Source: Candidatus Asbonarchaeum danakilense (GTDB taxonomy: Archaea; Nanohalarchaeota; Nanosalinia; Nanosalinales; Nanoanaerosalinaceae). Taken from it: a stretch of 49,247 bases of DNA. The stretch is taken from positions 1-49,247 of the forward strand of contig JAXINV010000018.1 in the NCBI GenBank assembly GCA_034190465.1, given 5' to 3'. The notes under the pieces are model-generated. The model worked only from the letters and a program-made list of their open reading frames with translations, had not been told where the DNA came from and made no database searches. The position numbers were made by a program, and so were the translations under genes. Every line of letters starts with the position of its first letter. The stretch's first letter is position 1. This document shows, piece by piece, positions 20,417 to 30,043 of the stretch.

Positions 20417-20770
20417 TTAGATATCCATGAAGTACTGCTTGTCGTAGTCGACGATGTCCTCGAAGTCCGGCCGGTAGATCAGGGCGGTGATGAAATCCTT
20501 GTACGCGTCCTGCACCTGCTCCCGCTTCCGCTGCGCGATGTACGATGTGATGGTGTCGGCCTTGGTGTGGAGCTCATCGTCCTCCCGGATGGCGTCGAAC
20601 GCCGCGCCGCGCTGCTCGTTCAGGTACTGGGAGACCGCCGGCTGCGTCACCTCAAGCAGTTCGGCGATCTCGTCCTGGGAGTAGCCCCGGGAGTCCAGCT
20701 CCTGCGCCACAAAGCTCCGCAGCGCCGGCAGGACCTCGTTGATGATGGGTTCTGAGACGGGGTTGATCAT
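20417..20770 (-). CDS. HTH transcriptional regulator (COG2522-like)
   Basis: VLPALRSFVA...SQDEIAELLEVTQPAVSQYL..RG. Confidence 0.88.
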   Translation of the reverse strand: MINPVSEPIINEVLPALRSFVAQELDSRGYSQDEIAELLEVTQPAVSQYLNEQRGAAFDAIREDDELHTKADTITSYIAQRKREQVQDAYKDFITALIYRPDFEDIVDYDKQYFMDI

Positions 20771-20858
20771 GGCTGTGTATGCTGCTCCGCGACTTAAAAA
20801 TCACACCGTTATGCGCTGCCGTGTGGCTTTTAATTCCTTGGCTGGCAATCAATGCGTG

Positions 20859-22124
20859 ATGCAGGCAGTCATCCTGGCAGCCGGTGCAAGCAGCAGGTTC
20901 TGGCCGCTGAGTGCGGACAGGCACAAGTGTCTGTGCCGGGTCGCTGGACGGACGCTGATCGGCCACACGATCGCGAGTCTGGAGGAGGCCGGGCTCGATG
21001 AAGTCATCGTCGTCCAGTCGCCGGCAGAGGATGTGGAGCAGGAGCTTGACGATGGTTTCGACCTCGACGTCTCGTACGTGGTCCAGGAGGAGCCGCGCGG
21101 GATGGCACATGCGCTCCGCCAGGCGGAGGAGCTGCTGGATGAACGGTTCTTCGTGCTGACGCCGTACCGGAAGAACACGGGGTCGTTCATCCGTGAGATG
21201 GTTGCGAAGCAGGAGGAGGGCGCTGATGCGGTGCTGATCGCCAGGGAGACGGAGACGCCGTGGAAGTACGGTGTCCTGGAGACGGACGACGACCGTGCGG
21301 CATCGATCGTGGAGAAGCCGGCGAAGGGTGAGGAGCCCTCTGACCAGCGTGTCGTCGGGATGTACCTGCTGGAGACGGGGTTCTTCGACTATCTGGACCG
21401 CGTGGAGGAGCACGAGTACCAGTACGAGGATGCGCTCGACATCTATATGGATGAGCGCGATGTTGGGGTCGTGTTCACGGAGCAGGATACGGCGTCGATC
21501 AAGTACCCGTGGGACCTGTTCGGTGTGGTCCGTGACGTGTTCGACGACATGGAACGGTCCGTCTCGCCGGAGGCCGATGTGGCGGAGTCGGCGACGCTCG
21601 ACGGCACGGTCGTGGTCGAGGACGGTGCAACGATCTACGAGAACGCGGTGATCCGCGGCCCGTGCTACGTCGGCGAGGACTGCGTCGTCGGCAACAATGC
21701 GGTGGTGCGCGCCTACACGGATCTGGAGCGGGGCGTGGTCGTCGGTGCGAACAGTGAGGTCCGCGGCTCGGTGATCCAGCAGGACAGCCACACGCACCAG
21801 GCGTTCGTGGGGGACTCGCTGATCGGCCGTGACGTGCGGATCGGTGCAGGCACGGTGTTCGCCAACCGGAACGTCCGCAGTGAGGACGGCCGGGACAACG
21901 TGACGGTTCACGTCCAGCTGAAGGAGGAGGACATGGACACGGGCCGGGACCGGCTCGGCGGTATTGTGGGCGATGGCGTGGACATCGGGACGCAGGCCAA
22001 CATCATGCCTGGCGTGGAGATCGGGCCGGACAGTTTCGTCGGTCCGTCGACGATGGTCCGGAACAACGTCGATGCGGGGCAAACTGTGTATACGAAACTT
22101 GAGAACGTGAGGCGGGAACGATGA
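20859..22124 (+). CDS. glmU: archaeal bifunctional sugar-1-phosphate nucleotidylyltransferase/acetyltransferase
   Basis: ILAAGASSRFWPL, QEEPRGMAHAL and IVEKP motifs, with a C-terminal hexapeptide LbH domain. Confidence 0.9.
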   Translation: MQAVILAAGASSRFWPLSADRHKCLCRVAGRTLIGHTIASLEEAGLDEVIVVQSPAEDVEQELDDGFDLDVSYVVQEEPRGMAHALRQAEELLDERFFVLTPYRKNTGSFIREMVAKQEEGADAVLIARETETPWKYGVLETDDDRAASIVEKPAKGEEPSDQRVVGMYLLETGFFDYLDRVEEHEYQYEDALDIYMDERDVGVVFTEQDTASIKYPWDLFGVVRDVFDDMERSVSPEADVAESATLDGTVVVEDGATIYENAVIRGPCYVGEDCVVGNNAVVRAYTDLERGVVVGANSEVRGSVIQQDSHTHQAFVGDSLIGRDVRIGAGTVFANRNVRSEDGRDNVTVHVQLKEEDMDTGRDRLGGIVGDGVDIGTQANIMPGVEIGPDSFVGPSTMVRNNVDAGQTVYTKLENVRRER

Positions 22125-22780
22125 GGATTGCTGCGAAACGTCCACCGGAACGCGATGAACTACGTGAGGCAGAGGAATTTGGCTACGAGCACGTGGAGCT
22201 GTACCTGGAGAAGCAGCACCTGGACCGGTACGAGGTGGCTGTTGAACACCTTGAGGATACGGATCTGGAGATTGTGTCGGTCCATACGCCGCATGTTCCA
22301 CGCTCGGAACGTGAGTACCTGCAGCGGGCGGCGTACCTGGCGGACAGGTGCGACGCGCTGCTGGTGTTCCACAGCGGCCAGATACCGCTCCGCTGGTCGC
22401 TTGAGGAGGGGCGGAAGCTGGGGTACGACAGGGTGGCGTACGAGGCGAACCCCGGGGTCTCACGCCATGCGATCGAGAACATCGTGCTGGGGCAGAACAG
22501 GAAACTGGTGCTGGATGCTGCGCACCTCTACATCGCTTCCAAAGACTTCGAGGAGGATTTCGCGGCGCTGCTGGAACATGCAGCCCACGTCCACCTCTGT
22601 GACGCGACACTGCTGGAGGACGGACTGGGCTTCGGTGAAGGCGGCATGGACGTGGAGCGGATGATCGAGCAGGTGCTGGATTCGTCGTACGACGGTGATG
22701 TGGTGCTTGAAGTGATGCCGGAGCACCAGGAGAAGGCGAAACAGGTGTTCGAACGTGTCAGAGAGGGATACGATGGTTAG
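22121..22780 (+). CDS. sugar phosphate isomerase/epimerase-like TIM-barrel protein
   Basis: VELY, SVHTP, LDAAH, HVHLCD and VVLEV metal-ligand pattern of the xylose-isomerase-like family. Confidence 0.82.
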   Translation: MRIAAKRPPERDELREAEEFGYEHVELYLEKQHLDRYEVAVEHLEDTDLEIVSVHTPHVPRSEREYLQRAAYLADRCDALLVFHSGQIPLRWSLEEGRKLGYDRVAYEANPGVSRHAIENIVLGQNRKLVLDAAHLYIASKDFEEDFAALLEHAAHVHLCDATLLEDGLGFGEGGMDVERMIEQVLDSSYDGDVVLEVMPEHQEKAKQVFERVREGYDG

Positions 22781-23459
22781 GGCTGTCATCTTCGATGCGG
22801 ACCATACGATCTATGTGCCGAGGACGGAGCAGGCATACCGGGAGAAGTTCAAGTACCTGTCGCAGCGGCTCGGCGTGTCGCAGGACCGGCTGCGGTCGAT
22901 CTGGGAGGAGCAGGTCGATGAGGCGCTGAACGCGGACGACCCGGAGAAGCGGAAGCGCGAGGTTGTGCTGGAGAAGACGCTGATGGAGACGGAGCTGCCG
23001 GCGGACCAGCGCGGCGAGCTTGCGGAGGAGGCGGTCGAACGGTTCTGGAGCCATGTGGTGGACGATATCGAGTACGATGAGGAGACGGAGGCGATGATGG
23101 ACCGGCTGCGGCAGCAGGGCCTGGACATGGTGGCCGTGGCGTCGGATGAGTTCCGTGAACCGCTGGAACGGAAGCTGAACCATATGCTGGGCGACTGGGA
23201 GAGGTATTTCGACATGCTGGTGACGCCGGAGTCTGCGGGCAGCATGAAGCCGTCGAAGGACTTCTACCGGTCGATCCTGGCTGAGGAAGATCTGGAGGCA
23301 GAGGAGGTCGTCGTGGTCGGTGATTCCTGGGAGCGGGACCTGCAGCCGGCGGCTGATATGGGGCTGGTCACGGTGCTGCTGTCGGACGAGGCTGACGGCG
23401 ACCCAGATTTTGTGATCGATAAACTCGCCAAGCTGGAGCAGATCATCGAGAAGCTATGA
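22773..23459 (+). CDS. HAD-superfamily hydrolase
   Basis: FDADHT motif I, KPS, VGDSWERDL motif IV. Confidence 0.9.
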   Translation: MVRAVIFDADHTIYVPRTEQAYREKFKYLSQRLGVSQDRLRSIWEEQVDEALNADDPEKRKREVVLEKTLMETELPADQRGELAEEAVERFWSHVVDDIEYDEETEAMMDRLRQQGLDMVAVASDEFREPLERKLNHMLGDWERYFDMLVTPESAGSMKPSKDFYRSILAEEDLEAEEVVVVGDSWERDLQPAADMGLVTVLLSDEADGDPDFVIDKLAKLEQIIEKL

Positions 23460-24769
23460 ACGCGGACGAGGTCTTCAACCGGTACGATGTCCGTGGCGAC
23501 TGGCCGGAGGAGATCGACGAGGAGTTTTCACGCCGCCTGGGGAGGGCCTACGGCACCTATGCACAGCGCGAGGCCCATGACACGGTGGTTATCGGCCACG
23601 ATACACGTGAGCATTCCGAGGAGGCGGCAGACGCGTTCGCGGAGGGCGTCCGTTCGACGGGCGCCTCGCTGGTCAGGGTTGGGCTCGGGACGACGGACCG
23701 TGTCGCACTTGCTGCGGAGCATTATGGTGGCCTGGGAGCGATGGTGACGGCATCGCACCATGAATGGTCGCGTACCGGGTTCAAGTTCCTGTATGAGCAG
23801 GGCTACGGCTTCGGGAACGAGGACCTGGGCGAGGTCAAGCAGCTGTTCCGCGAGGAGGACTTCGCGACGGGGGAAAGCCACGCGCTGGACATGGAGGCTG
23901 AGTTCGATGAGGAGTACGTCGAGGCGGCGCTGTCGTTCCTGGACGACCACGGCGACGCAGAAGGGACCGTCGTGCTGGACTGCTGTAACGGCGGCGCGTC
24001 ACGGCTGGCCCCGGAGATCTTCGAGGAGCTTGGCTTCGAGGTCGTGACGGTGAACGACGCGACGACCGGCGGCGGGGTCGACCCGGAACCGGACGAGGAC
24101 AACCGCCGGTCGATCAAGGCGGCGATGGAGGAGCACGACGCGGGGATGGCGCTGGGCTACGACCCGGACGGCGACCGCGTGTATGCGTTCCACGCTGATG
24201 AGGGAGGGATGGACGGCAACGAGCTGTTCTATCTGCTCGGCCGACTGACGGAGGCTGAGACGATCGCTGCGTCGATCGATACCTCGGATCTGATCGAGGA
24301 GCTGGACGCTGCGGTGGAGTACGCCCGGGTCGGCGACGTGTTCGTCTCGGCGCTGGGCGCGGAGATGGATGCGGACCTGCTCGGGGAGCCGAACGGCCAT
24401 TACGCGGTGACGGAGTTCTGCTGGTACAATTCAGGGATCCTGTGCTCGGCGCTGCTGGCGCTTCACCACGACGATCTTCCGGCGCTACTGGACGAGGTGT
24501 CGGCCTACACGACGGAACGCCGCGTGCTCCACGTGGCGTCGTCGGAGGAGAAGGACGATGCTGTGCAGGACGCGATCAAGTACGCGGCGAAGAACTTCGA
24601 GGTCGTGTCGACGATCGACGGGGTGAAGTTCACCGGTGACGGCTTTACGGCGCTTGTCCGGCCGTCGGGGACGTCGAACAAGGTCCGGCTGATCGTCAAC
24701 GGGACGGACGCCGACCGTGTCGCTGAGAGGGCGGATGGGCTGTTCGATGCGATGTTCGGGGATTACTGA
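23456..24769 (+). CDS. glmM: phosphohexomutase (phosphoglucosamine mutase / PMM-PGM)
   Basis: YDVRG, TASHH (variant of TASHN), DPDGDR, GEPNGH and RPSGT motifs. Clustered with glmU and glmS. Confidence 0.8.
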   Translation: MNADEVFNRYDVRGDWPEEIDEEFSRRLGRAYGTYAQREAHDTVVIGHDTREHSEEAADAFAEGVRSTGASLVRVGLGTTDRVALAAEHYGGLGAMVTASHHEWSRTGFKFLYEQGYGFGNEDLGEVKQLFREEDFATGESHALDMEAEFDEEYVEAALSFLDDHGDAEGTVVLDCCNGGASRLAPEIFEELGFEVVTVNDATTGGGVDPEPDEDNRRSIKAAMEEHDAGMALGYDPDGDRVYAFHADEGGMDGNELFYLLGRLTEAETIAASIDTSDLIEELDAAVEYARVGDVFVSALGAEMDADLLGEPNGHYAVTEFCWYNSGILCSALLALHHDDLPALLDEVSAYTTERRVLHVASSEEKDDAVQDAIKYAAKNFEVVSTIDGVKFTGDGFTALVRPSGTSNKVRLIVNGTDADRVAERADGLFDAMFGDY

Positions 24770-24775
24770 TCGAGG

Positions 24776-25723
24776 TCATTCGACGACTTCGACCTCGTCG
24801 ATCTTGCCGTCGCTGTCCATGTCCCGGCCGCGGACGACCCGTGCCCAGGTATCCTCGTTCTCGTAGTCGTCGAGGATGTCGTCAGCGTGCTCTGTCAGGC
24901 CGAGGACTGCGGCGGTGGTTCCGGTGTTCCGGATGCCGGCGATGACGATGATGAAATGGTCCTGGTTCTTGGGATTGCGGGCCTTGGCGATGAGGCCGAT
25001 GCTGTCGTCGCTGTACTCTTCGCCGGTCTGGTCGGAGAGGAGTCGTCGGTACGGGAAGTTCTCCTGGTCGAACCGGACGGGCAGGTAGCTGTTGAACTCG
25101 GCGGTGATGGTGTTGGTGAGGGGTCCACCGACGAGGACGAGGTTGTCGTCGTAGGCGTCCTCGTTTTTGACCTCGGTGTCCAGCTCTGCGACCTCGCGTT
25201 CGATGCTGCCGTGCCTGCCGAGCAGGGCGCCGATGTCGACGGCGTAGTGCCCGTCACGTCCCCGGACCTGGTGCGGGCCGTGGGGATCGGGCGAGCCGAC
25301 GATGATACGGCAGTCGATGGTGCCGTTGCTGATGAAGGGGTGGAGGAAATCGCGAACGGGGCTGGATGTCCCGCTGATAGGCATGTCTGCTGGTTTTCCT
25401 TCGCCTGGAAGGTCGAGGGCGTACGCCTGCGCTGTCGGCTGATAGTATTTGGCGAGCGAGCCGCCACGTTCCTCCCGGGAGGCGACCTCGATGATGCCGC
25501 TGTCCCGCATCTCCCGGATGTGGTAGTAGACGTTCTGGTCGTTGATGTCGAGCTCGTCGGCGATGGCTGCGGGATAGGATGGTTTCTCGGCGATGTGCTG
25601 GAGGATCTTCCACCGGGTGTCGTTGAGGAGGCCGCGCAGCGCTTCCGGCTGTTCTTCGACCTGCGTCTCCTTGACGTATCTCGTCCCGTCGGTCTCCTGG
25701 ATGAGCTGCGCCACGCCGATCAC
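24776..25723 (-). CDS. ArsR-type HTH regulator with C-terminal alpha/beta domain (VGSPDPHG family)
   Basis: RWKILQHI...YPAAIADEL...VYYHIREM HTH, plus LVLVGGPLTN and IAGIRNTGT. Confidence 0.88.
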   Translation of the reverse strand: MIGVAQLIQETDGTRYVKETQVEEQPEALRGLLNDTRWKILQHIAEKPSYPAAIADELDINDQNVYYHIREMRDSGIIEVASREERGGSLAKYYQPTAQAYALDLPGEGKPADMPISGTSSPVRDFLHPFISNGTIDCRIIVGSPDPHGPHQVRGRDGHYAVDIGALLGRHGSIEREVAELDTEVKNEDAYDDNLVLVGGPLTNTITAEFNSYLPVRFDQENFPYRRLLSDQTGEEYSDDSIGLIAKARNPKNQDHFIIVIAGIRNTGTTAAVLGLTEHADDILDDYENEDTWARVVRGRDMDSDGKIDEVEVVE

Positions 25724-25812
25724 CGCTGTAGTCTTTATTGTAGTCGGTCCGTGGCTGCCCCGGTTCCGTCGGTGTGAGAGGGCCGTGGCACTATAAACCG
25801 TTTTGGTACGTT

Positions 25813-25828
25813 TTGTAGCATACTACAA
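25813..25828. promoter_or_regulatory. inverted repeat TTGTAG-N4-CTACAA between divergent TATA boxes (candidate operator)
   Basis: Perfect 6-4-6 palindrome between the minus-strand TATA (TATAAA at 25792-25797) and the plus-strand TTTATAT (25844-25850). TGTAGTC half-sites also at 25727 and 25739. Confidence 0.6.
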
Positions 25829-25882
25829 TATGTTTTAGAAGGGTTTATATGTGTTGGCTTGGAAGAATGGAGGGTGTAAGCA

Positions 25883-27619
25883 ATGTGCGGCATCATGGGC
25901 TATATCGGTGACGACGAGGCATCACAGATCATCCACAATGGACTGCAACGACTCGAGTACAGGGGCTACGATTCTGCCGGGATAGCGACCCTGTCCGGCA
26001 ACCCGGGGCTGCAGGTGACGAAGGATGAGGGGGAGATCGCGGAGATCCATGAGGAGCATGGTTTCCACGGCATGGAGGGCTCGATCGGCATCGGCCACAC
26101 CCGGTGGGCCACGCACGGCGGTGTGACCAAGGCGAACGCCCACCCGCACACGGACTGCGATGAGCGTCTGGCGCTGGTCCACAACGGGATCATCGAGAAC
26201 CATGAGGAGCTCGCCGACGAGCTTGACGGCTGCACGTTCGAATCGGAGACGGATACGGAGGTCGTGGCCCACTACTTCGAGCAGAAGCTGGATGAGGGTC
26301 TGGGCTACGAGGAGGCGATCGAGTCGTTCATGGACGATGCTGAGGGCACGTTCGCCGTCGTGATCCTGGACAGGGAGCATGAGAAACTGTTCGCGATGAA
26401 GCGGAAATCGCCGCTGGCGCTGGGTATCGGTGACGGCGAGTTCTTCCTCGGCTCTGATCTGTACGCGTTCTCGATGCATACCGATGAGGCTATCTTCCTG
26501 GAGGACGGTGAGTACGCGATCGTCTCGTCGTCGGGCTACGATATCTATGAACGTGGCGGAGCCGCAGTCCAGCGTGAACCGGAGACGTTCGAGTGGGAGG
26601 AAGAGGAACGCGGCAAGCAGGACTACGACCACTACATGATCAAGGAGATCCACGAGCAGCCGCAGGCGATCCGCCGTCTCCTGAAGACGCTTGAGACGTC
26701 GCAGGCGGATGAGCTGGAGGACATGGTCCAGCGTATTGAGGACGCGGACAAGGTGATCTTCACGGCGGCCGGCACGTCGTACCACGCGGCGCTGCTCGGC
26801 GTGTATCTGTTCCAGCGTGCGGGGATCGAGGCCCAGGCGCTGATCGCGTCGGAGTTCCAGAACTATGAACGGGTCGATGATGACACGCTGGTGATCGCGG
26901 TCTCGCAGTCAGGAGAGACGATGGACGTGCTGGAGGCGATCGACCATTCGCGCGAGAAGGGCGGGGATATCGCGTCGATCGTGAATGTGCCGCATTCGAC
27001 GATCCAGCGGGAGTCGTCCGTGTCGCTGGAGGTCCATGCCGGCCAGGAGATCTGTGTTGCGGCGACGAAGTCGTTCACCAACCAGGTCGTGACGCTGATG
27101 GCTGTCGCTGAGGGCCTGGGCCTGGACATCGGCCTGGAGTCGGTCGGCGATGAGATCGAGCGGGTGATCGAGCAGAACGAGGGATACGTACAGGAGCTTG
27201 CCGCGGAGCTGGAGGACGCGGACGATATGTACGTCATCGGTCGGGGTCCGACGTACCCGATCTCGCGGGAGCTTGCGCTGAAGCTGAAGGAGATCCCGTA
27301 CATCCACGCTGAAGGGATGATGGGCGGGGAGCTGAAGCACGGGACGCTCGCACTGATCGAGGAGGGGACGCCGGTGGTGTCGCTGATCCCTGAGGAAGAC
27401 GATGCGATCCTGTCGAACGTCGAGGAGGTCGAGGCACGCGATGCCGATTCGATCCGTGTCTCGCCGTTCTACGGGGAGTTCGAGATGCCTGAGGAGCCGT
27501 CGAAGTTTGCGCTGTACTCGACGACGATAGGGTTCCTGCTGGCGTACTATGTGGCGAAGCGCCGCGATCTGCCGATCGACAAGCCCCGGAACCTGGCGAA
27601 GTCGGTGACGGTGAAGTGA
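25883..27619 (+). CDS. glmS: glutamine--fructose-6-phosphate transaminase (isomerizing)
   Basis: MCGI N-terminal nucleophile, LEYRGYDSAG, GHTRWATHG, SQSGET and PRNLAKSVTV motifs. Confidence 0.98.
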   Translation: MCGIMGYIGDDEASQIIHNGLQRLEYRGYDSAGIATLSGNPGLQVTKDEGEIAEIHEEHGFHGMEGSIGIGHTRWATHGGVTKANAHPHTDCDERLALVHNGIIENHEELADELDGCTFESETDTEVVAHYFEQKLDEGLGYEEAIESFMDDAEGTFAVVILDREHEKLFAMKRKSPLALGIGDGEFFLGSDLYAFSMHTDEAIFLEDGEYAIVSSSGYDIYERGGAAVQREPETFEWEEEERGKQDYDHYMIKEIHEQPQAIRRLLKTLETSQADELEDMVQRIEDADKVIFTAAGTSYHAALLGVYLFQRAGIEAQALIASEFQNYERVDDDTLVIAVSQSGETMDVLEAIDHSREKGGDIASIVNVPHSTIQRESSVSLEVHAGQEICVAATKSFTNQVVTLMAVAEGLGLDIGLESVGDEIERVIEQNEGYVQELAAELEDADDMYVIGRGPTYPISRELALKLKEIPYIHAEGMMGGELKHGTLALIEEGTPVVSLIPEEDDAILSNVEEVEARDADSIRVSPFYGEFEMPEEPSKFALYSTTIGFLLAYYVAKRRDLPIDKPRNLAKSVTVK

Positions 27620-27656
27620 GTAGGGTTTAAATATCAGTGTCGGGTCATCTAGGGGT

Positions 27657-27926
27657 ATGTCTAATCTCGCTCTGTCAGCGTTGACGGTATCTCTGTCGGC
27701 AGCGTTTATCATCGGTGCCGTGGTCTATTATCGGGGAACAGAGTTCAAGACGGAGCGGAACGGTCGACGGTTCGTCGCACTGGGGGTGATGCTGTTCCCG
27801 GTGTACGGGATCATCGAGTTCAGTGGTGTGTTTTCTACTGAACTGATCCCGCTGCTCGTGCTGAACCTGGCGGCTGTGATGATACTTTATGGTTTCAAGG
27901 AGCAGTATGAGAGGGTGATGCACTGA
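27657..27926 (+). CDS. small 3-TM membrane protein
   Basis: 89 aa hydrophobic ORF, own TTTAAATA box about 27 nt upstream. Confidence 0.7.
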   Translation: MSNLALSALTVSLSAAFIIGAVVYYRGTEFKTERNGRRFVALGVMLFPVYGIIEFSGVFSTELIPLLVLNLAAVMILYGFKEQYERVMH

Positions 27927-28264
27927 TGGTGAGTATCACGCCTGAACTGGTGCTGTCTGTCACGGCTTCGATCCTGTTTACCGCTGCGTTCATCCTGAGC
28001 TATTTTGTCTACCGGGAACGGACGAAGGGGCGGGATGTGTGGTTCTTCTTCGGCCTGACGACGATATTCGCTGCGATCCTTGCGTATACGCATGTTCTGT
28101 GCGCGGGGGTGGTCTGTCTCTACGGCAGCAATGTTGGTGGGTTGCCTGGCCCGTTGCTCGATCCTGATTCGATTGAAGCGGTGGAGGCGGTGATGGTGCT
28201 GCTTGCCTCGGCATTCGGATTCACGTCCCTTTACACTGTGTTCGATGCCGTAATGCGTGAGTAG
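27926..28264 (+). CDS. small 3-TM membrane protein
   Basis: 112 aa hydrophobic ORF, TGATG-coupled to the previous gene. Confidence 0.7.
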   Translation: MVSITPELVLSVTASILFTAAFILSYFVYRERTKGRDVWFFFGLTTIFAAILAYTHVLCAGVVCLYGSNVGGLPGPLLDPDSIEAVEAVMVLLASAFGFTSLYTVFDAVMRE

Positions 28265-28276
28265 GAGGGATTTCCG

Positions 28277-28963
28277 GTGGATGTCGCCTGTCTCTGTCCG
28301 ACGGACACGTTCGATTACAGCGGTATCATCGAGGGGATCGTGAGGGATCGGACGCCGTTTGACGCGTCGTTCTCCCGGTTCAAGCCCCATGACGGCGGTA
28401 TCCCGGAACGACTTGGCTGGGATGCGGTCGTGGTGACGGGGTCGGAGCACCATGTCTATGATGAGCAACGGTGGGTGAAGGAGTCGCGGACGTTCCTCCG
28501 TGCGGTACTCCGATCAGAGATCCCTGTGTTAGGGATATGTTACGGCCACCAACTGCTGGCGGACACGCTCGGCGGCGCGGCTGAGGAAATGGCTGAACGA
28601 GAGATGGGCTACCGGCAGGCCACGCTGACCGACGCGGGCCGGGACCACCCGCTGTTCGACGGGGTCGATGCCCGGTTCACGTCGTTCTTCTCGCACCTGG
28701 ACCGTGTCGCTGAGCCGCCGGAGGACGCTGTGGTGCTGGCGGAGAACGGCTACGGGATCCAGGCGTTCGCGGTGGATGCGCTGGACGCGTACGGGATCCA
28801 GTTCCACCCTGAGTACAGCAGGGAGATGGCGGAGGAGTTGCTCCGGGAGAAGGAGATGGATGCGGCGGCGAAGGAGGCGGTCCGGGCGACGTTCACGGAC
28901 GACAATGTGGCGGCGGCCAGGGAGTCACGCCGTGTGTTCGACAATTTCTTCGGTATGGTCTAG
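28277..28963 (+). CDS. type 1 glutamine amidotransferase (GMP synthase GAT-like)
   Basis: VVTGS, LGICYGHQLL and QFHPE (Cys-His-Glu triad). Confidence 0.92.
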   Translation: MDVACLCPTDTFDYSGIIEGIVRDRTPFDASFSRFKPHDGGIPERLGWDAVVVTGSEHHVYDEQRWVKESRTFLRAVLRSEIPVLGICYGHQLLADTLGGAAEEMAEREMGYRQATLTDAGRDHPLFDGVDARFTSFFSHLDRVAEPPEDAVVLAENGYGIQAFAVDALDAYGIQFHPEYSREMAEELLREKEMDAAAKEAVRATFTDDNVAAARESRRVFDNFFGMV

Positions 28964-29637
28964 TCCTCGGGCTGGAGTATCTGGACGGTGATCGCGGTGT
29001 CGCGTTCGATCTCTCGCTTGAACGCCTGCGGGTCTGCCTCGGTGCCGTCGATCATGTTGTAGTGGATGGGGATGACGACGTCGGGCTGGATGGCTTTCGC
29101 GGCTTCGACGGCTTCTTCGACGTCCATGGTGTAGGTGCCGCCGATCGGCAGGAAGGCGACGTCGATCTCCTCGACGTCGAGCCGGTCCATCTCGTCGATG
29201 TAGTCGGTGTCGCCGGCGTGGTAGAACCGTGTGCCTTCGAAGTCGACGATGACGCCCATGCCCTGGCCGGGCGGGTGGAAGGGCTCGCCGGGGTTGCGGA
29301 ACCGGTGGTCGTTGTACGCCTGGACGGCGCGGATGACGGTGTCGCCGACCTCTTCTTTGTCGCCGGGGGTGATGAGCCGTGCCTCGCAGTTGAGCTGGCC
29401 GATGTCGCAGCTTTCATGTGCGACGGTGACAGTGCCCTCGGTGACGAGGTCGTTGATGGTCTCGGGGTCGAAGTGGTCGAAGTGGGAGTGTGTGCAGATG
29501 ATGAGGTCGGCGTCGTCCACGGTCCCGGGCATCGCGTCGCTGAACGGGTCGATGCAGACTGTCTGTCCGTCTCGCAGCTTGACTGAGGCGTGGTCCAGCC
29601 AGGTGATAATGGTGCCCTGGTAGGTGGTCGACCCCAT
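28960..29637 (-). CDS. MBL-fold metallo-hydrolase (UPF0173-like)
   Basis: THSHFDH, YHAGDT, LPIGGTYTM and IPIHY motifs. Confidence 0.93.
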   Translation of the reverse strand: MGSTTYQGTIITWLDHASVKLRDGQTVCIDPFSDAMPGTVDDADLIICTHSHFDHFDPETINDLVTEGTVTVAHESCDIGQLNCEARLITPGDKEEVGDTVIRAVQAYNDHRFRNPGEPFHPPGQGMGVIVDFEGTRFYHAGDTDYIDEMDRLDVEEIDVAFLPIGGTYTMDVEEAVEAAKAIQPDVVIPIHYNMIDGTEADPQAFKREIERDTAITVQILQPED

Positions 29638-29641
29638 GGTA

Positions 29642-29998
29642 TCACTCTTCTTCGACCACGACGGCTGTGCCGGTCGCTTTGACGTTCATCATGCCGCCGT
29701 TCTGACCAATGGCTTCGTCCTCCATCTCGATGGCGATGACGGCGTTGGCACCTTGTTTCTCTGCTTCGTCGACGAGTTCGCGGAGTGCCTGCTGCTGTGC
29801 TTCGCGGAGGGTCTTCTCCCAGGACTTGGACCTGCCGCCGAAGAAGTTCCTGATGCCGGCGAGGAAGTCTTTGCCGACGTGACGGCCGGCGGTGACGTCG
29901 GAGACGACGATTCCCTTGTATTCCTGGACGTCCAGATGTTCGACGGTGTGAGATGTTGTCGCGATGATGTCGCGGTCCGCGAAGTCGAATGCTGTCAT
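29642..29998 (-). CDS. YbjQ/UPF0145 family protein
   Basis: KDFLAGIRNFFGGRS...GANAVIA...ATGTAV. Real start is the ATG at 29998. Confidence 0.93.
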   Translation of the reverse strand: MTAFDFADRDIIATTSHTVEHLDVQEYKGIVVSDVTAGRHVGKDFLAGIRNFFGGRSKSWEKTLREAQQQALRELVDEAEKQGANAVIAIEMEDEAIGQNGGMMNVKATGTAVVVEEE

Positions 29999-30043
29999 GG
30001 TACCACGGAAGTTATTAACGCTGGCTGGTATAAAGGATTTCGT

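Noticed and set aside
20652-22610. 652-aa minus-strand ORF
   Set aside because: Antisense shadow of glmU and the TIM-barrel gene, with non-acidic composition unlike the proteome.
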